Shown: positions 8,527 to 19,047, counted from the first letter of the stretch. The stretch: DNA of 64,000 bases from Candidatus Poribacteria bacterium (GCA_965215015.1 OZ244042.1:2912001-2976000); one strand, 5' to 3'. The notes: generated from the letters alone by a model not told the origin. Numbers and translations are program-made.

Positions 8527-9300
8527 ATGGAGACAATCCGACTTGTATCAGGTTATGAAATCCCCGTTCTGGGGCTTGGGACATGGAACTTGCGGGACGA
8601 ACAGTGCAAAACAGTTGTAAAAAAAGCCCTTGAACTCGGTTATAACCATATTGACACCGCTTGGATGTACGCCAATCAAAAGGAAATTGGGGATGCCTTG
8701 CGGGAAATCGGTGCGGTCAGGGAGGTGCTTTTTATTACGTCCAAGATTTGGCACACGCACCTAAAGTACGACGAAGTGCACTCCCAGTTTGATGAATGCC
8801 TAGCGGATTTACAAACCGATTATGTAGATCTGTTGCTGGTTCACCATCCCGGCGATGGAACTGTCCCGATGGAGGAAACCCTGTCCGCATTCAACGAGAT
8901 ACATGATGCAGGCAAGGCAAAAAATATCGGTATTAGTAACTTTAGTATTGAACAGGTGGATCAGGCAAGGGCCATTTCTCAGGCACCTATCACTACCAAT
9001 CAGGTGGAATATCACGTCCATAGTCAACACGAAAATCTCTTGCAGCATTGTCATGCACTCCAGATTCCCTTGACCGCCCATCGCCCATTAGCAGTCGGTA
9101 AAATCGTTAGCGATCCGGTTCTAGAGAGGATTGGGAGTGAACGTGGAAAAACAGCAGCACAGGTCGCCTTGCGATGGCTGCTCCAGAAAGGCTTAATTGT
9201 CATTCCCAAAGCCAGCTCTGACCCCCATTTGAGAGAAAATCTTGACCTATTTGATTGGGAGCTAACCCCTGAAGAGATGGAAACAGTCAATAATCTTTGA
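8527..9300 (+). CDS. Aldo/keto reductase
   Basis: LGLGTW, HIDTAWMY, FITSKIW, IGISNF, IPKAS. Confidence 0.93.
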   Translation: METIRLVSGYEIPVLGLGTWNLRDEQCKTVVKKALELGYNHIDTAWMYANQKEIGDALREIGAVREVLFITSKIWHTHLKYDEVHSQFDECLADLQTDYVDLLLVHHPGDGTVPMEETLSAFNEIHDAGKAKNIGISNFSIEQVDQARAISQAPITTNQVEYHVHSQHENLLQHCHALQIPLTAHRPLAVGKIVSDPVLERIGSERGKTAAQVALRWLLQKGLIVIPKASSDPHLRENLDLFDWELTPEEMETVNNL

Positions 9301-9363
9301 AAAGGCAAGCAGTATAAGGACTTCTCACTACCTTCACATTGATTTAACAATAGGAGGGACTCC

Positions 9364-10080
9364 ATGATCAGACCCACCGAAGCCCAAACGACGCAATGGG
9401 AAGACAAAGGTTACCTTGTCTTCGAGAACGCGATTCAGGGTGATGAGTTGAAGCGACTTCAAGATGCTTTTGATTATTGGGCGGATGAGTGCAAGCCCGC
9501 GTGGTTAGACCGCGTGGAGGCAGGCGAAGCGGCTGCATCGTTTTATGACATCTCCGATCCCTTTGCAAAAGATGAAATCTTTGTAGATATAATCGATCAC
9601 CCTAGCTATTACGGCAGCCTGATGGCATTTACAGATGATGATCTGATTCTGCTAGGCCCGCAGGTTCGCACTGTCCCGCCGGGCCCCGTCTGTTATTCCG
9701 GTTGGCACCCCGATGTCCCACAGAGCAATCCGCTGCACATCAAAGTCCAAGTTTACGTGAACGATGTCGAACCCGGGGCAGGAGAATTTGCTTTTGTGCC
9801 CGGGAGCCACAAACCCGATGCGGGCCCTTACTCCAGAACGCATCGGCTAGAAGCGATGCCCGGTCATAAACGGTTTCCGGGAAAAGCAGGCACCGCTATC
9901 ATGTTCAACTCATACGGTTGGCATACCGCCATGGACAACCACACAGACACGCCACGAAAATCGATCATCCTCATTTACGAGAAACGGACGCCGGGCCGCG
10001 TAGGTCCAAAGCGGTTTGTCTCGATTGCTCACCTCTGCACGACACCGGAACGGCGCAAACTTTTCGGTTTGGAGGAATGA
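9364..10080 (+). CDS. Phytanoyl-CoA dioxygenase (PhyH) family Fe/2OG dioxygenase
   Basis: WEDKGYLV, WHPD (HxD), VPGSHK, distal WH. Confidence 0.88.
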   Translation: MIRPTEAQTTQWEDKGYLVFENAIQGDELKRLQDAFDYWADECKPAWLDRVEAGEAAASFYDISDPFAKDEIFVDIIDHPSYYGSLMAFTDDDLILLGPQVRTVPPGPVCYSGWHPDVPQSNPLHIKVQVYVNDVEPGAGEFAFVPGSHKPDAGPYSRTHRLEAMPGHKRFPGKAGTAIMFNSYGWHTAMDNHTDTPRKSIILIYEKRTPGRVGPKRFVSIAHLCTTPERRKLFGLEE

Positions 10081-10976
10081 TGACTCGAATAGATTCCCAT
10101 CTCCACGTTTTCGCCAAGGTTTCCGCAGAATTTCCGAGAGAACCGACCCCGGTCTGCCCGCCGGATCGGGAAGAGACTGCCGAAAAACTATTGGGCGAAA
10201 TGGAAGCAAATGGCATTGACCAAGCAATGCTAGTGCAGACCGGCGGTACTGAGATTAAATACCATGCTTACCTGCTGCACTGTTTGAAAACGTATCCCGA
10301 CCGTTTCCTCGGTATTGGGCTCATACCCCCAGATCTCACTGAACCGGCAGATCACATGGACAGGCTTACAGACGGGACCGGGATTATCGGTTTTCGGCTC
10401 TCTTCGATTGGTGGTCCAAGAGATCCGTTTGCTCGAATCAACGTCAAAGAAATCAAAACCTACCGTGTCTGGAAGCATGCTGCGGAGGAGGACTATGTCC
10501 TCTGGCTCTACCCACGAGCGGTTGATGCACACCTGCTTCCTTATCTGATGGCAGCCTTTCCCCAAGTCCGGGTCGTCCTGAACCATCTTGGCATCTGTCC
10601 CGGCAAAGGTAAATTCTCTTGGGATGCGAAGGGGCGTCCGCGGATTGAAACCGTTGAGTATAATCCTGCCTTTCACACGACGCACCGGCTCGCCTGCTTT
10701 GAAAATGTAACGATGCATATATCAGGTCAATACGCCTTCAGCAATGAAGTGTATCCCTATCGGGATCTTGCCCGATGGCACCAGCGAATTCTCGACCTTT
10801 TCGGTGCAAAGCGTCTAATGTGGGCAACCGATTTTCCGTGGATTTTGGAAGACCCCGGTTACAGTCAGCTTACCGGTATCCTCAAAGTGTTATTGCCAGA
10901 TTTACTCGACAACGAATACGATGACATCATGGGCGGGAATGCGAAGCGGTTTCTAAGGTTTCCCGACCATGCGTGA
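10077..10976 (+). CDS. Amidohydrolase_2 family protein
   Basis: Start at 10077 after GGAGG, overlapping the PhyH stop; IDSHLHV, VVLNHLG, RLMWATDFPW. Confidence 0.88.
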   Translation: MMTRIDSHLHVFAKVSAEFPREPTPVCPPDREETAEKLLGEMEANGIDQAMLVQTGGTEIKYHAYLLHCLKTYPDRFLGIGLIPPDLTEPADHMDRLTDGTGIIGFRLSSIGGPRDPFARINVKEIKTYRVWKHAAEEDYVLWLYPRAVDAHLLPYLMAAFPQVRVVLNHLGICPGKGKFSWDAKGRPRIETVEYNPAFHTTHRLACFENVTMHISGQYAFSNEVYPYRDLARWHQRILDLFGAKRLMWATDFPWILEDPGYSQLTGILKVLLPDLLDNEYDDIMGGNAKRFLRFPDHA

Positions 10977-12124
10977 TAGTGCGTCCAACCCCCCTCAGTC
11001 CCCCCGCAAGCGGGGGGAGGGACAAACAGGATCTAATTCGAGCCTTGCTTGGAACCAAACTCAGTCCCCCCGCAAGTGGGGGGAGGGACGCGGAGCGTGT
11101 CTACTCCTGTCGGATTAATTGGAGTTGCCGGATTCATCGGGCGTCGTGAGTCGTTTAGATACCAACGACGTTGCAGGACGGATCCAGGTTCAATTCACCA
11201 AACACGAGTGTATCCCTATCGGGATCTTGCCCGATGGCACCAGCGAATTCTCGACCTTTTCGGTGCAAAGCGTCTAATGTGGGCAACCGATTTTCCGTGG
11301 ATTTTGGAAGACCCCGGTTACAGTCAGCTTACCGGTATCCTCAAAGTGTTATTGCCAGATTTACTCGACAACGAATACGATGACATCATGGGCGGGAATG
11401 CGAAGCGGTTTCTAAGGTTTCCCGACCATGCGTGATAGTGCGTCCAACCCCCCTCAGTCCCCCCGCAAGTGGGGGGAGGGACAAACAGGATCTAATTCGA
11501 GCCTTGCTTGGAATCAAACTCAGTCCCCCCGCAAGTGGAGGGAGGGACGCGGAGCGTGTCTACTCCTGTCGGATTAATTGGAGTTGCCGGATTCCTCGGG
11601 CGTCGTGAGTCGTTTAGATACCAACGACGTTGCAGGACGGATCCAGGTTCAATTCACCAAACACGAGTGTATCCCTATCGGGATCTTGCCCGATGGCACC
11701 AGCGAATTCTCGACCTTTTCGGTGCAAAGCGTCTAATGTGGGCAACCGATTTTCCGTGGATTTTGGAAGATCCCGGTTACAGTCAGCTTACCGGTATCCT
11801 CAAAGTGTTATTGTCAGATTTACTCGACAACGAATACGATGGCATCATGGGCGGGAATGCGAAGCGGTTTCTAAGGTTTCCCGACCATGCGTGATAGTGC
11901 GTCCAACCCCCCTCAGTCCCCCCGCAAGCGGGGGGAGGAACAAACAGGATCTAATTCGAGCCTTGCTTGGAACCAAACTCAGTCCCCCCGCAAGTGGGGG
12001 GAGGGATGCGGAGCGTGTCTACTCCTGTCGGATTAATTGGAGTTGCCGGATTCATCGGGCGTCGTGAGTCGTTTAGATACCAACGACGTTGCAGGACGGA
12101 TCCAGGTTCAATTCACCAAACACG
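10748..12124. repeat. Three tandem copies of a 459-bp unit (amidohydrolase 3' end plus downstream hairpin region)
   Basis: Units 10748-11206, 11207-11665, 11666-12124, differing by a few SNPs. Confidence 0.95.
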
Positions 12125-12436
12125 GTCGCACAACATACCGGGTATTTGATGAATCACCGAGGATACCGGGACTCTTGCGCTATAATCATGGCTTAACCCA
12201 TCATAAACATTGCGCGCCCTTTTCTGGTGTTGGCTTTGAGCGTTCAACTGCGTAAGTCCTACCTGGTATTACATTGCGCGCGAGAGTCCGGGTGTTTTGG
12301 CGAAATATGAATCTCAACCTACTAATGAACTCTTGAACTCAATAGCAAGTTGCCCTACTGTCGGTTGATTTTCCAAAATTGACAGTATTGCTCCCCCCTC
12401 ATCATGTATCCCATACAGCCTTAGGTTCACGTATCC

Positions 12437-13861
12437 ATGAGACAACAGACACAAGCCACAGCACCGAATATTGTTAAGGAAATTCAAGCCGGCAAGGTGC
12501 GTCCTGTCTATTTGTTGTGCGGCGAAGAACAGTTTCTTGTAGAGAGCACCCTCAAGCAGATGCTTGAGAATCTTCTGTCACCTGAGACTCGTGACTTCAA
12601 TCTGACCCGCCTTGATGGCGCGGAAGCCTCTGTTCGCGAGATTCTCAGTGCCGTGGAAGTTTACCCCGTGATGGCAGATTGGCGCGTTGTTATTGTAAGC
12701 GAGGCTACAGTATTCATGCGGCAGCAAGGTCCATCACCACCGGAGATAATACAGAATGCCGCTGAAGCCGCCGAAGAAGGAAATCCGCGGAAGGCAATCG
12801 CACTGATGGTCAAAGTTTTGGGCGTTTCAGCACAGGATATTGCTGATGAGAATAGTGTCTTTAGAGACGCCCTCAGCGGTTTCCTTGAAGAAAACGAAGC
12901 AGGCTTGAGTCCCGAAGACCTCGAATTTCTCCGTGATCTACCACAAATCATCACGCAGGTTGATGATTTCCCACATATATCAGGCGCAGCTGACGATACC
13001 GAAATCCTGATCGAGTGGCTAGATGGGAAGTTACCCCAAGCGAGCGTTCTAATCTTTACTGTCAAGGGAAACGTTGATAGACGAAGCCGGCTTGTTAAAT
13101 TGATTGGTCGTGTCGGCAGGTACGTTTCGTTTGCTTCGCTAGAATCCGGAAGATCGAGTCGGCAAAATCGGGTCTACCAAGGTGTTGCCAGAAAACTCGA
13201 AACATTCGGGAAGAAGATTTCGCCCAGTGTCTTTAATCTCCTTCAGAAGCGGACAGGAAACGACATGCACCTGATCGCTGAGGCCATCGAAAAGATAATC
13301 GCTTTTGTTGGGGACAGGACGCGGATCGACGAACGAGATATCGAAACCGTCATTACCCAGAGCAGTTTTGAAAACATTTTCGCGCTTACAGATGCGCTTG
13401 GAAAAAGATCCGTTTCGCAAGCGTTGTCGAGTCTCCACAGTGTTCTAGAAAGCGGCGAACCACCGATTAAAGTCAACGCGCTCATCGCGCGGCAAATCAG
13501 GCTCACACTCCAAGCAAAATTGCTTGCTGAGAAGGGAGAACTAAAACCGACGGTGGATCGAATGAATTACCAACGCTTCGCAGATACTGTCTTCAAACCG
13601 CTTGCCGCAAAGATGTCCAATTGTCTCCCGAATGTAGCGCAAGTCAACCTTCTCAAGCAGAATCCTTATGCCGCTTATAAAGTTATCCAAGCGATTCCTT
13701 TTTTTAGAACGGAAGAGCTAATCCGCGGATTGGAGCAAACACTGGAGGCGGATGTACAACTCAAGAGTAGTCAATTGGCCCCGGAATGCATTTTAGAACA
13801 GCTAGTCTATGAGCTTTGTACAAAGCCGGATACCAGGAGATTGGCGAGAAACAGAATATGA
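12437..13861 (+). CDS. holA: DNA polymerase III delta subunit with insertions
   Basis: PVYLLCGEEQFL, DFNL..LDG, RVVIV, NIFALTDALG, EADVQLKSS...LEQLV. Confidence 0.85.
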   Translation: MRQQTQATAPNIVKEIQAGKVRPVYLLCGEEQFLVESTLKQMLENLLSPETRDFNLTRLDGAEASVREILSAVEVYPVMADWRVVIVSEATVFMRQQGPSPPEIIQNAAEAAEEGNPRKAIALMVKVLGVSAQDIADENSVFRDALSGFLEENEAGLSPEDLEFLRDLPQIITQVDDFPHISGAADDTEILIEWLDGKLPQASVLIFTVKGNVDRRSRLVKLIGRVGRYVSFASLESGRSSRQNRVYQGVARKLETFGKKISPSVFNLLQKRTGNDMHLIAEAIEKIIAFVGDRTRIDERDIETVITQSSFENIFALTDALGKRSVSQALSSLHSVLESGEPPIKVNALIARQIRLTLQAKLLAEKGELKPTVDRMNYQRFADTVFKPLAAKMSNCLPNVAQVNLLKQNPYAAYKVIQAIPFFRTEELIRGLEQTLEADVQLKSSQLAPECILEQLVYELCTKPDTRRLARNRI

Positions 13862-14026
13862 GATGGGTATGTTCCAGCTAAACAGCAGAACCTCAAGTGA
13901 TTGGACCGTACGCTTTCTCTCGATGCAACCGAAGGTCTGCTTCCGAGCACTTATATATTTTCTTTTCGCTGATGTGTGCCCAGATTGTACTAATCACTTC
14001 AAGAGTGGCAAAAACCTTATATCCTA

Positions 14027-14156
14027 TAGGGCTTACGCAGTTGAAGGTAGCACCCCCCGGTATTTAGCGGGGGAAGGGGGGAGCATAGGGGGAATGCCGT
14101 AACCCTTACAGAGGCGCGATGAACGCGCGACTACAAACTCAGGGGCGTAACTCCTA
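14027..14156. mobile_element. MITE-like element
   Basis: Terminal inverted repeats TAGGGCTTACGC / GCGTAACTCCTA flanked by a TCCTA direct repeat. Related ends near 12244-12260 and at 55737-55894. Confidence 0.55.
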
Positions 14157-14250
14157 TCCTAATCCTAAAAGTGTTTGTAAGGAAATTGGTGAACCTTGAT
14201 GATTGGGCTGCACGATTCTAACCGTTAACATTATCAATGGAGGTTTGAAA

Positions 14251-14481
14251 ATGCCGGAATTAATTTTCTTTATCGGCGTGTTTATTGTTGTAATTGTAGC
14301 TATTCAAACTATTGGCGATATAGCGAAAAGGAAGTATCAATTCAAAAACGGAGCCGAAGTCAGTCAGGAGGTACTCGCACAAATCCAAGCAGACCTCAAC
14401 ATGCTCCAAAAGAGTGTGGATGAGATGAAGGAGTATCTCACAGACCTTTACATTCAACAGCACGATGAAAAATTAAAATAG
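14251..14481 (+). CDS. Small single-TM coiled-coil protein (paralogue 1)
   Basis: GGAGG RBS; MPELIFFIGVFIVVIVAI TM helix; heptad region; ends LYIQQHDEKLK. Confidence 0.75.
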   Translation: MPELIFFIGVFIVVIVAIQTIGDIAKRKYQFKNGAEVSQEVLAQIQADLNMLQKSVDEMKEYLTDLYIQQHDEKLK

Positions 14482-14542
14482 CGGAGTGAGCAACGCCATG
14501 TAAGGGATATATTGTTTTTTAAATAAGATGGAGGGTCAAAAC

Positions 14543-14782
14543 ATGGTAGAAGTTGTTGCAATTATCACATGTGCTACTGTTATAATTGTAGTCCTTACCT
14601 ATATTAAGGATTTACTTGAAAGCAAACGCAGTGCAAAAATCAAAGCGGTAGAAAAAGAGTCTGCACAGATGCAAGCGAATATTGACGATCTCCAAATAGA
14701 ATATCGTAAACTCCAAAAAAAAGTTGCCGAACTGCAAGAACAGATTGCTGAGCTCTACATTCAGCAGCACGATAAACGCTGA
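14543..14782 (+). CDS. Small single-TM coiled-coil protein (paralogue 2)
   Basis: GGAGG RBS; MVEVVAIITCATVIIVVL TM helix; heptads; ends LYIQQHDKR. Confidence 0.75.
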   Translation: MVEVVAIITCATVIIVVLTYIKDLLESKRSAKIKAVEKESAQMQANIDDLQIEYRKLQKKVAELQEQIAELYIQQHDKR

Positions 14783-14887
14783 ATTGGCAAACGGTCACAG
14801 CAACTGAAGTCTCCACATACAAAGGAAATTCGCAGCCATCAATCCGAATTTGCTATTAACCGAAAATAGACCGGCTAGCACCTTTAT

Positions 14888-16226
14888 TTCATTTACCCCC
14901 ATTTTTTTTTGGTTATAGATTTGAGATATTTTTATGATTTAGGATAGTGAGAATACCTGTCATTAAGGGTGTTTGCATGTATCTCCCCTGCACAGTGGGA
15001 GTGTGAACCATGGATTGAGACACCACCCGCTCCACGCCTCAGCCACCACTCGCTTTATCACGGTAATGAGTGAGTATATTTTAGTCCGTGTGTTGAATGT
15101 TTTTGCCCATCGATCGCCTGACTTTTGATAGGTGATAAACAGTAAGCCATAACTGATACAAGCTAAGAGCCATAACAGGTTGATGCGGGCTTTTGACGGT
15201 TTTTTGAGTCTCAAGCTGCCAAAGCCAAAACCGGTCTTGATGTCCCGAAAGCCGTGTTCAATCTGCATTCTTCGCTTATAATAGTGGTATATTTGACGCC
15301 CCGTCAGATGACTTGAAATCAGATACATCGGTTCAGCCAACCGCGCCTCTCTGACGACATACAGGTTGAGTCGAATCGGCTCGGTTAAGTGATAGAGAAT
15401 CTGTGGATAGAACCCCGTTTCCTGCAACTGTTCTGCCTTTTTAACAGTGCCCCAGACGGTCATGCGCGCGTTACGACACACGCGGATGATAAACGGAATC
15501 CGTTGTGTCTTGAGAAACTTTATCACATATTTAGCACGCGCGAAGCCTCTATCGAATATCAACGTGGCTTCACACGGGGGCGGTAAAATCGCTTCTGTCT
15601 TTTGATACAGTGTGAGACAAAAGCGTTGGATAATCTCATTATGGCTGGTATAGGTCAACTGTTGAATCTCAGCATCGGTGTAGAGGTGCCAGTAGATAGG
15701 AACCGCCCGGCGGCGGAACGGCACCGCGGCAACAATCGCTTTGAAATGGCCAAACACCTGGGTTTCATCCACTAAAATCAACCGGCGTCCGGCGTGACGT
15801 TCACAGACCCGGCGGAGCACAAAGCCCAACCAGCACCCCATCACCGCGTCAATAGGAAAGCGACGAGCTAAGAATCGAAGCAGGCGTTTCTGTTTCGTCT
15901 TTTGATGTTTGACGGCTACTGGCAAGCGTAAAGCAATTTCGTTTATCCGAAACTTCTGGGCCAACACAATGGCTAGGATCGTGAGTATCAGGTTTTTTAA
16001 CGCCGGTTTTTTCAATACGGGGTTGAAAATCTCGGTCAGAGTGGTTATCATAGAACTGGGATTCACCCGCTTATGGCGGTGGGTGCCTTTCATAATACCT
16101 CCTTGTTTAAAACAATGGTTATTTTATACAGGGAGGTATTTTACCATATTTGATAACCCTTTCTCACATCTAGACCTCGCAAAAACAACCAACATTACAA
16201 CTCTAAAAAAAATGGGGGTAAGTGAG
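14888..16226 (-). mobile_element. IS4-family insertion sequence
   Basis: Terminal IRs TTCATTTACCCCCATTTTTTTT (from 14888) and AAAAAAAATGGGGGTAAGTGAG (16205-16226) bracket one transposase gene. Confidence 0.85.
14963..16093 (-). CDS. IS4-family DDE transposase
   Basis: LVDET, IFDRGF, YKRRMQIEHGFRDIK (Y-2-R-3-E-6-K signature). Confidence 0.92.
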   Translation of the reverse strand: MKGTHRHKRVNPSSMITTLTEIFNPVLKKPALKNLILTILAIVLAQKFRINEIALRLPVAVKHQKTKQKRLLRFLARRFPIDAVMGCWLGFVLRRVCERHAGRRLILVDETQVFGHFKAIVAAVPFRRRAVPIYWHLYTDAEIQQLTYTSHNEIIQRFCLTLYQKTEAILPPPCEATLIFDRGFARAKYVIKFLKTQRIPFIIRVCRNARMTVWGTVKKAEQLQETGFYPQILYHLTEPIRLNLYVVREARLAEPMYLISSHLTGRQIYHYYKRRMQIEHGFRDIKTGFGFGSLRLKKPSKARINLLWLLACISYGLLFITYQKSGDRWAKTFNTRTKIYSLITVIKRVVAEAWSGWCLNPWFTLPLCRGDTCKHP

Positions 16227-16612
16227 GGGGGTCTGATGGGTTGTCAATAGTGACAACTTGGGTTATAATAACTTGTGCTGCACATAAATAGGCTTTGATG
16301 GGTATACTTCTCAACACCTCTCCATGCGTAGGATGTGGGTCTACCAACCCATCGGGCTTGGCAACCAAGCCCTACCATTGACCCAGGCCTCCTCGCTTGA
16401 ATTCCGCTATAATGTGTCTCGAATTATGCACACCCATCAGAATAACTTGTGCTGCCTTTTAAAAAAAAGAGAGCTTGCTATAGAGAAACGGTGTACACCC
16501 GCTTTTAACTTTATAGACACTTACCCTGACAAATTAGAATTTAGCTGTGCCTGATAACCTTATGAAGGGCGTAACCCTCACAAGGTTTTGGGACGCTCGA
16601 CATTGACACGAT

Positions 16613-17905
16613 ATGACAAGCGATTTAAATTCTTTCATTGAAACACTCGGACGAGAAGCATTGGTGCAGATCCAGCTAAAGAAGCTGCAGGTGATGCTTG
16701 CTCCGGTGTTAGCAACTAACCCTTTCTATCGGCGAAAATTGGGCAAGGCAGGAATAGGAAAACCGGAGGATATACAAACGCTTGAAGATTACCAGCAGCT
16801 GCCCTTTACTACAAAGGACGAACTCTCTGCGGATGGGAAGGCACACCCACCGTACGGCACAAATCTCACATTTCCCCTCGAACAGTATATCCGTATCCAT
16901 CAAACCTCTGGCACAACAGGCGAACCGCTGCGCTGCTTGGATACCGATGAGAGTTGGAATTGGTGGGCGCGCTGCTGGGAGGCGGTATATAACGCCGCCG
17001 GTGTGACTTCGAGGGATCGAATCTTCTTCGCTTTTTCTTTTGGTCCCTTTATCGGCTTCTGGAGTGCTTACGAAGGTGCACGGCGGATTGGCACACTGTC
17101 TGTTCCGGGTGGTGGAATGACTTCGCTTCAGCGGGTGCGTGCTATTTGCTCTAACGATATTTCGACACTAATCTGTACCCCCACATATGCCTTGCATCTC
17201 GCTGAAGTTGCCAAAGCAGAGGAGATTGATATCGCCAACGCTAGCGTCCGCGTGACTATCCATGCCGGTGAGCCGGGCGCAAGCCTACCGTGGACGAAAC
17301 ATCGCATCGAAAACGCTTGGAATGCCCGCTGTTACGATCACGCCGGTGCGACGGAGGTGGGGGCTTGGGGGTTTGAGTGTCAGGCACAAGCGGGAGTACA
17401 CCTGAACGAGGGGGAATTCATCTGCGAAGTTATTGACCCCGCGACCGGCGAACCCGCCAAAGAGGGCGAGTTAGTCATCACTAATCTGGGCAGGGTTGGG
17501 ACGCCGGTTATTCGATACCGCACCGGTGATCAGGTCAAGCTGGAAACGGAACCGTGTGAATGTGGACGAACATTTTGGCGTCTTGAAGGCGGTGTCATCG
17601 GGCGCATTGACGACGCGTTAATTATACGCGGCGTGAATATCTATCCGAGCACCATTGAAAACATCATCCGCCGTTTCGCTGAAGTCGGAGAATTTGCGGT
17701 AGATGTCTATCGGCAGGGGGCACTTGATGAGATGGAGATTCGGATCCAGACCAACAGCAGGGATCCCGACATGACTGCCCAAGCTGTCACCAAGGCAATT
17801 CGTGAATCTCTGGGATTGCGCATAGTGGTAAAGCCGGTGCCGCACGGGACATTGCCCAGCTTTGAGTTGAAGGCGCGACGGTTTACAGATCACCGCCGGA
17901 ATTAA
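16613..17905 (+). CDS. Phenylacetate-CoA ligase family protein
   Basis: HQTSGTTGEP, AGEPG, GATEVG, ELVITNL, PVIRYRTGD, GRIDD..IIRGVNIYP. Confidence 0.9.
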   Translation: MTSDLNSFIETLGREALVQIQLKKLQVMLAPVLATNPFYRRKLGKAGIGKPEDIQTLEDYQQLPFTTKDELSADGKAHPPYGTNLTFPLEQYIRIHQTSGTTGEPLRCLDTDESWNWWARCWEAVYNAAGVTSRDRIFFAFSFGPFIGFWSAYEGARRIGTLSVPGGGMTSLQRVRAICSNDISTLICTPTYALHLAEVAKAEEIDIANASVRVTIHAGEPGASLPWTKHRIENAWNARCYDHAGATEVGAWGFECQAQAGVHLNEGEFICEVIDPATGEPAKEGELVITNLGRVGTPVIRYRTGDQVKLETEPCECGRTFWRLEGGVIGRIDDALIIRGVNIYPSTIENIIRRFAEVGEFAVDVYRQGALDEMEIRIQTNSRDPDMTAQAVTKAIRESLGLRIVVKPVPHGTLPSFELKARRFTDHRRN

Positions 17906-18005
17906 AATCGGTTTGCACTATATCTTCAGGTGATTTGAGATAACTGCGGTATCTATATTGCTAGTGAGGAGAAAAAGGAAATATTTGAAACAGACAATTG
18001 GGGCT

Positions 18006-18908
18006 TTATTGAGCCAGCACCGACTTTCTTTTAGGCACCTCCACCCCTGATCGCCGCATGAAATCTCGCATGATTTCCAACTGGTCCTCTTGCCCACGGC
18101 CTGCATTGCAGAACCGCCTGAAAATATCTTCTACAAGTGGACCAAGTTCTATCGGTATATCGAGTTCTCTGCCAAGCTCAACCGCCAAGTGCACGTCTTT
18201 AACAGCAAGATCCGCAGCAGAATTGACATCTTCTCCCTCTAAGAGCAACCCAATTGTTCGGCGCAGGTACATGCTATCGCCTGTGCTGGTTTTAATCACA
18301 TCGAGCAGGGCTTGTGGGTGGATGCCCGCCTTGGCCCCCATCGCTATCCCCTCGTAGACACCGGCGAAATTGATGAACATTATGAAGTTGTTTACCAGCT
18401 TGGTCACGTGTCCGCTGCCTACCGGTCCCATGTAAGCGATATGGTCCCCGATGCTCTGAAATAGCGGTTGAAACCGTTCAAAATCTTCTTGTTCTCCGCC
18501 CACAAATATAGTGAGTGCCCCATCTCTCGCACCAAACACACCACCACTAACCGGCGCGTCGAGAACGTGAAACCCTTTTGACTCTCCAATTTCGGCGATT
18601 TTGTGCAGGGTTGCAGGTGAATTGGTGCTCAGATCGATATAAGCGCAACCCCTGTTCAATCCCGCGAAAATACCGTTTTCGCTCAGAACAACTGCTTCGA
18701 CCTCTTTGGGACCCGGTAGGGAGGTAAGCACCACGTCAGATTGGGCTGCTACTTTCTGTGGGCTTGTCTCCCACCTTGCACCGGCAGCTTCGAGGGAATG
18801 CCCCATCTCGCGGCGGCTGTCGTAGACCGTTAAGTTGTATTGAGCTTTAAGGAGGTTTGCTGCCATCGGATTGCCCATATTACCCAGACCGATGAAACCA
18901 ACTTTCAT
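18006..18908 (-). CDS. NAD(P)-dependent beta-hydroxyacid dehydrogenase (3-hydroxyisobutyrate DH family)
   Basis: GFIGLGNMG, DAPVSGG, KLVNN. Confidence 0.92.
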   Translation of the reverse strand: MKVGFIGLGNMGNPMAANLLKAQYNLTVYDSRREMGHSLEAAGARWETSPQKVAAQSDVVLTSLPGPKEVEAVVLSENGIFAGLNRGCAYIDLSTNSPATLHKIAEIGESKGFHVLDAPVSGGVFGARDGALTIFVGGEQEDFERFQPLFQSIGDHIAYMGPVGSGHVTKLVNNFIMFINFAGVYEGIAMGAKAGIHPQALLDVIKTSTGDSMYLRRTIGLLLEGEDVNSAADLAVKDVHLAVELGRELDIPIELGPLVEDIFRRFCNAGRGQEDQLEIMRDFMRRSGVEVPKRKSVLAQ

Positions 18909-19047
18909 ATCAATCCTTCCAAGGTGTGTTGTTAATTATTTTGACCGCGCCGCACGTCCATTGTTCCTGATAACCAAGCATTAGTCCCCCACATTCCCAA
19001 TGGCAGTTAGGAGTTTTGACGCCTTGTTTTAAATTTGTCAAGAATAC

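Noticed and set aside
11049-11894. Two 128-aa proteins
   Set aside because: By-products of the tandem junction: TTG starts with no RBS, and they lack the N-terminal metal-binding HxH.
10748-12124. CRISPR array
   Set aside because: Units are 459 bp, near-identical throughout, with no unique spacers and no cas genes.
14870-16245. Target-site duplication for the IS4 element
   Set aside because: The flanks (GCACCTTTAT and GGGGGTCTGA) share no direct repeat.
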